The notes under the pieces: generated by a model | Database searches by the model: none | What the model saw: only the letters and a program-made list of their open reading frames with translations | Told to the model about the DNA's origin: nothing | From: an uncultured Erythrobacter sp. | Lineage (GTDB): Bacteria; Pseudomonadota; Alphaproteobacteria; Sphingomonadales; Sphingomonadaceae | Assembly: GCA_947499505.1 (NCBI GenBank) | Contig: CANMOQ010000001.1 | Span: forward strand, 42,037 to 106,036 | Length of the DNA: 64,000 bases | Direction: 5' to 3' | Shown: positions 62,832 through 64,000 of the stretch, in pieces | How the letters are laid out: each line of letters starts with the position of its first letter | Numbering within the stretch: position 1 is the first letter of the stretch | Translations under genes and position numbers: made by a program

Positions 62832-63863
62832 CTATCCGCCGCAGCTGTCTCTGATGGTCAGGCTGGTTTCGAGCCGGTCAGACGTGGCGCGCCCGCCCTT
62901 GGTATCGATCAATTTGGAAACGAGCATACGCCCGGCCAGATTGGCGTCTTGATCAATCGTGGTCAGGCGCGGTGTGACGAGGCGCGCGGCCGGGATGTTG
63001 TCATAGCCGACCACCGACACATCCTCTGGGATGCTGCGCCCCGCGCGGGTCAGCGCCCGCATTGCGCCGATGGCGATCAGGTCACTGGCGGCGAACACGC
63101 CGTCGAACTGGATGCCTTGATCGATCGCAGAGCGGGTCACAGCCTCGCCAGAATGGACGTCGAAATGGGCGGGCATCAGCAGCTCATCACGCACATCAAT
63201 CCCTGCGCTTTCGAGCGCCTGGCGATAGCCGCGATAGCGCTGCTCTGCTTCCGGCGCCTCGGTATCACCGAGGAACAGGATGCGTTTGCGGCCCAAGCGC
63301 GTGAGGTGGGAGGTCGCGCGCCTGCCGCCCGCCATATTGTCGGAACCCACCGAGCAATAGGCGGCGTCCGCAAATTCGGCGCCCCAGACGACAAACCGGC
63401 TGTCGCGCTGTGACAGATCGTTGAAGGCGGCATGCAGCGAGCTTTGCCCGATAAATATCACGCCGGTCGCTCTGCTGGTGTTCATTGCGAACTCAAGGTC
63501 TTCAGCTGAGCTTGGGCTTAGATGGCTGATGACCAGGTCAGCGTTGCGCACTCTGGCAGCTTCAGCAACGCCGGCGAGCAATTCAAGGAAGAACGGGTCG
63601 GCAACGCGGCTTTCGCGTGCTTGCGGGGCGGGGACGACAACCGCAATTGTCGCCTCTGCACCGATAGGCGCATTGGGCATGGTGCTGCGAAAGTCATAGT
63701 CATGCGCGCGGGCAATCTTCCAGATCGCCTGCTTGGTGCGACGCTTGACTGCTGGGTTATCATTGAGCGCGCGCGATACGGTGGAGATCGACACCCCAGC
63801 CTCGCGGGCAATGTCTTCGAGCCGGGCCGATTTCGCGTTCTTCTGGTCCTGCTCTTCACTCAT
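62832..63863 (-). CDS. LacI-family transcriptional regulator
   Basis: ORF track start is 63908; ATG 63863 (MSEEQDQKNAKSARLEDIAREAGVSISTVSRALN) is equally possible. HTH plus a periplasmic-binding-protein-like sugar-binding core. Stop is 3 nt upstream of the halogenase paralog D start. Confidence 0.88.
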   Translation of the reverse strand: MSEEQDQKNAKSARLEDIAREAGVSISTVSRALNDNPAVKRRTKQAIWKIARAHDYDFRSTMPNAPIGAEATIAVVVPAPQARESRVADPFFLELLAGVAEAARVRNADLVISHLSPSSAEDLEFAMNTSRATGVIFIGQSSLHAAFNDLSQRDSRFVVWGAEFADAAYCSVGSDNMAGGRRATSHLTRLGRKRILFLGDTEAPEAEQRYRGYRQALESAGIDVRDELLMPAHFDVHSGEAVTRSAIDQGIQFDGVFAASDLIAIGAMRALTRAGRSIPEDVSVVGYDNIPAARLVTPRLTTIDQDANLAGRMLVSKLIDTKGGRATSDRLETSLTIRDSCGG

Positions 63864-64000
63864 CCCGTACGCCCGTGTGCCCCCTATTGCCCGGTCGTCA
63901 TGGCCCAATAGCCCGACCAGCCTTCCATAGTGGCATTGATGGGGTCAGGTGAACCCACTTGTCGTTGGTTAGCAACCGTTTTCGCGTGTGCGAATTCTGC

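Overview
High-GC chromosomal window that looks alphaproteobacterial, possibly Sphingomonadales (inference only). All calls come from reading the ORF translations and the DNA by eye; no database search or computation was run. I support 38 protein-coding genes or gene remnants. I found no rRNA, tRNA, CRISPR array, transposase or integrase. Both ends of the window (1-9.1 kb and 55.7-63.9 kb) are TonB-dependent-receptor loci. They carry five flavin-dependent tryptophan-halogenase-family paralogs (one degenerate), a sodium:solute symporter, a 2OG-oxygenase-like protein and a LacI regulator. The centre holds a 14.1-kb gene for a 4701-aa adhesin-like protein. It has no Sec signal peptide and no RTX repeats, and it contains a DUF4347-like head plus about 25 cadherin-like and about 15 He_PIG-like modules. 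Four tightly packed genes follow it: a TolC-like lipoprotein and three different HlyD-type membrane-fusion proteins. One fusion protein has a GAF-like cytoplasmic domain. Another is fused to a site-2-protease (M50) metalloprotease with intact catalytic motifs. No ABC, RND or MFS inner-membrane energiser is present anywhere in the window. This ABC-less envelope-spanning cassette coupled to a giant adhesin is my top candidate for an undescribed system. Directly downstream is a rearrangement scar (a 5'-truncated cheB) and an orphan cheD-cheY-cheW module. The rest is housekeeping or accessory metabolism: two acyl-CoA dehydrogenases, a DUF1800/DUF1501 pair, redox enzymes including a DedA-disulfide reductase fusion, a NupC-like transporter, eda, a fused 5-oxoprolinase coupled to an NRAMP transporter, and a molybdo-oxidoreductase operon with XdhC and MocA-like maturation genes.
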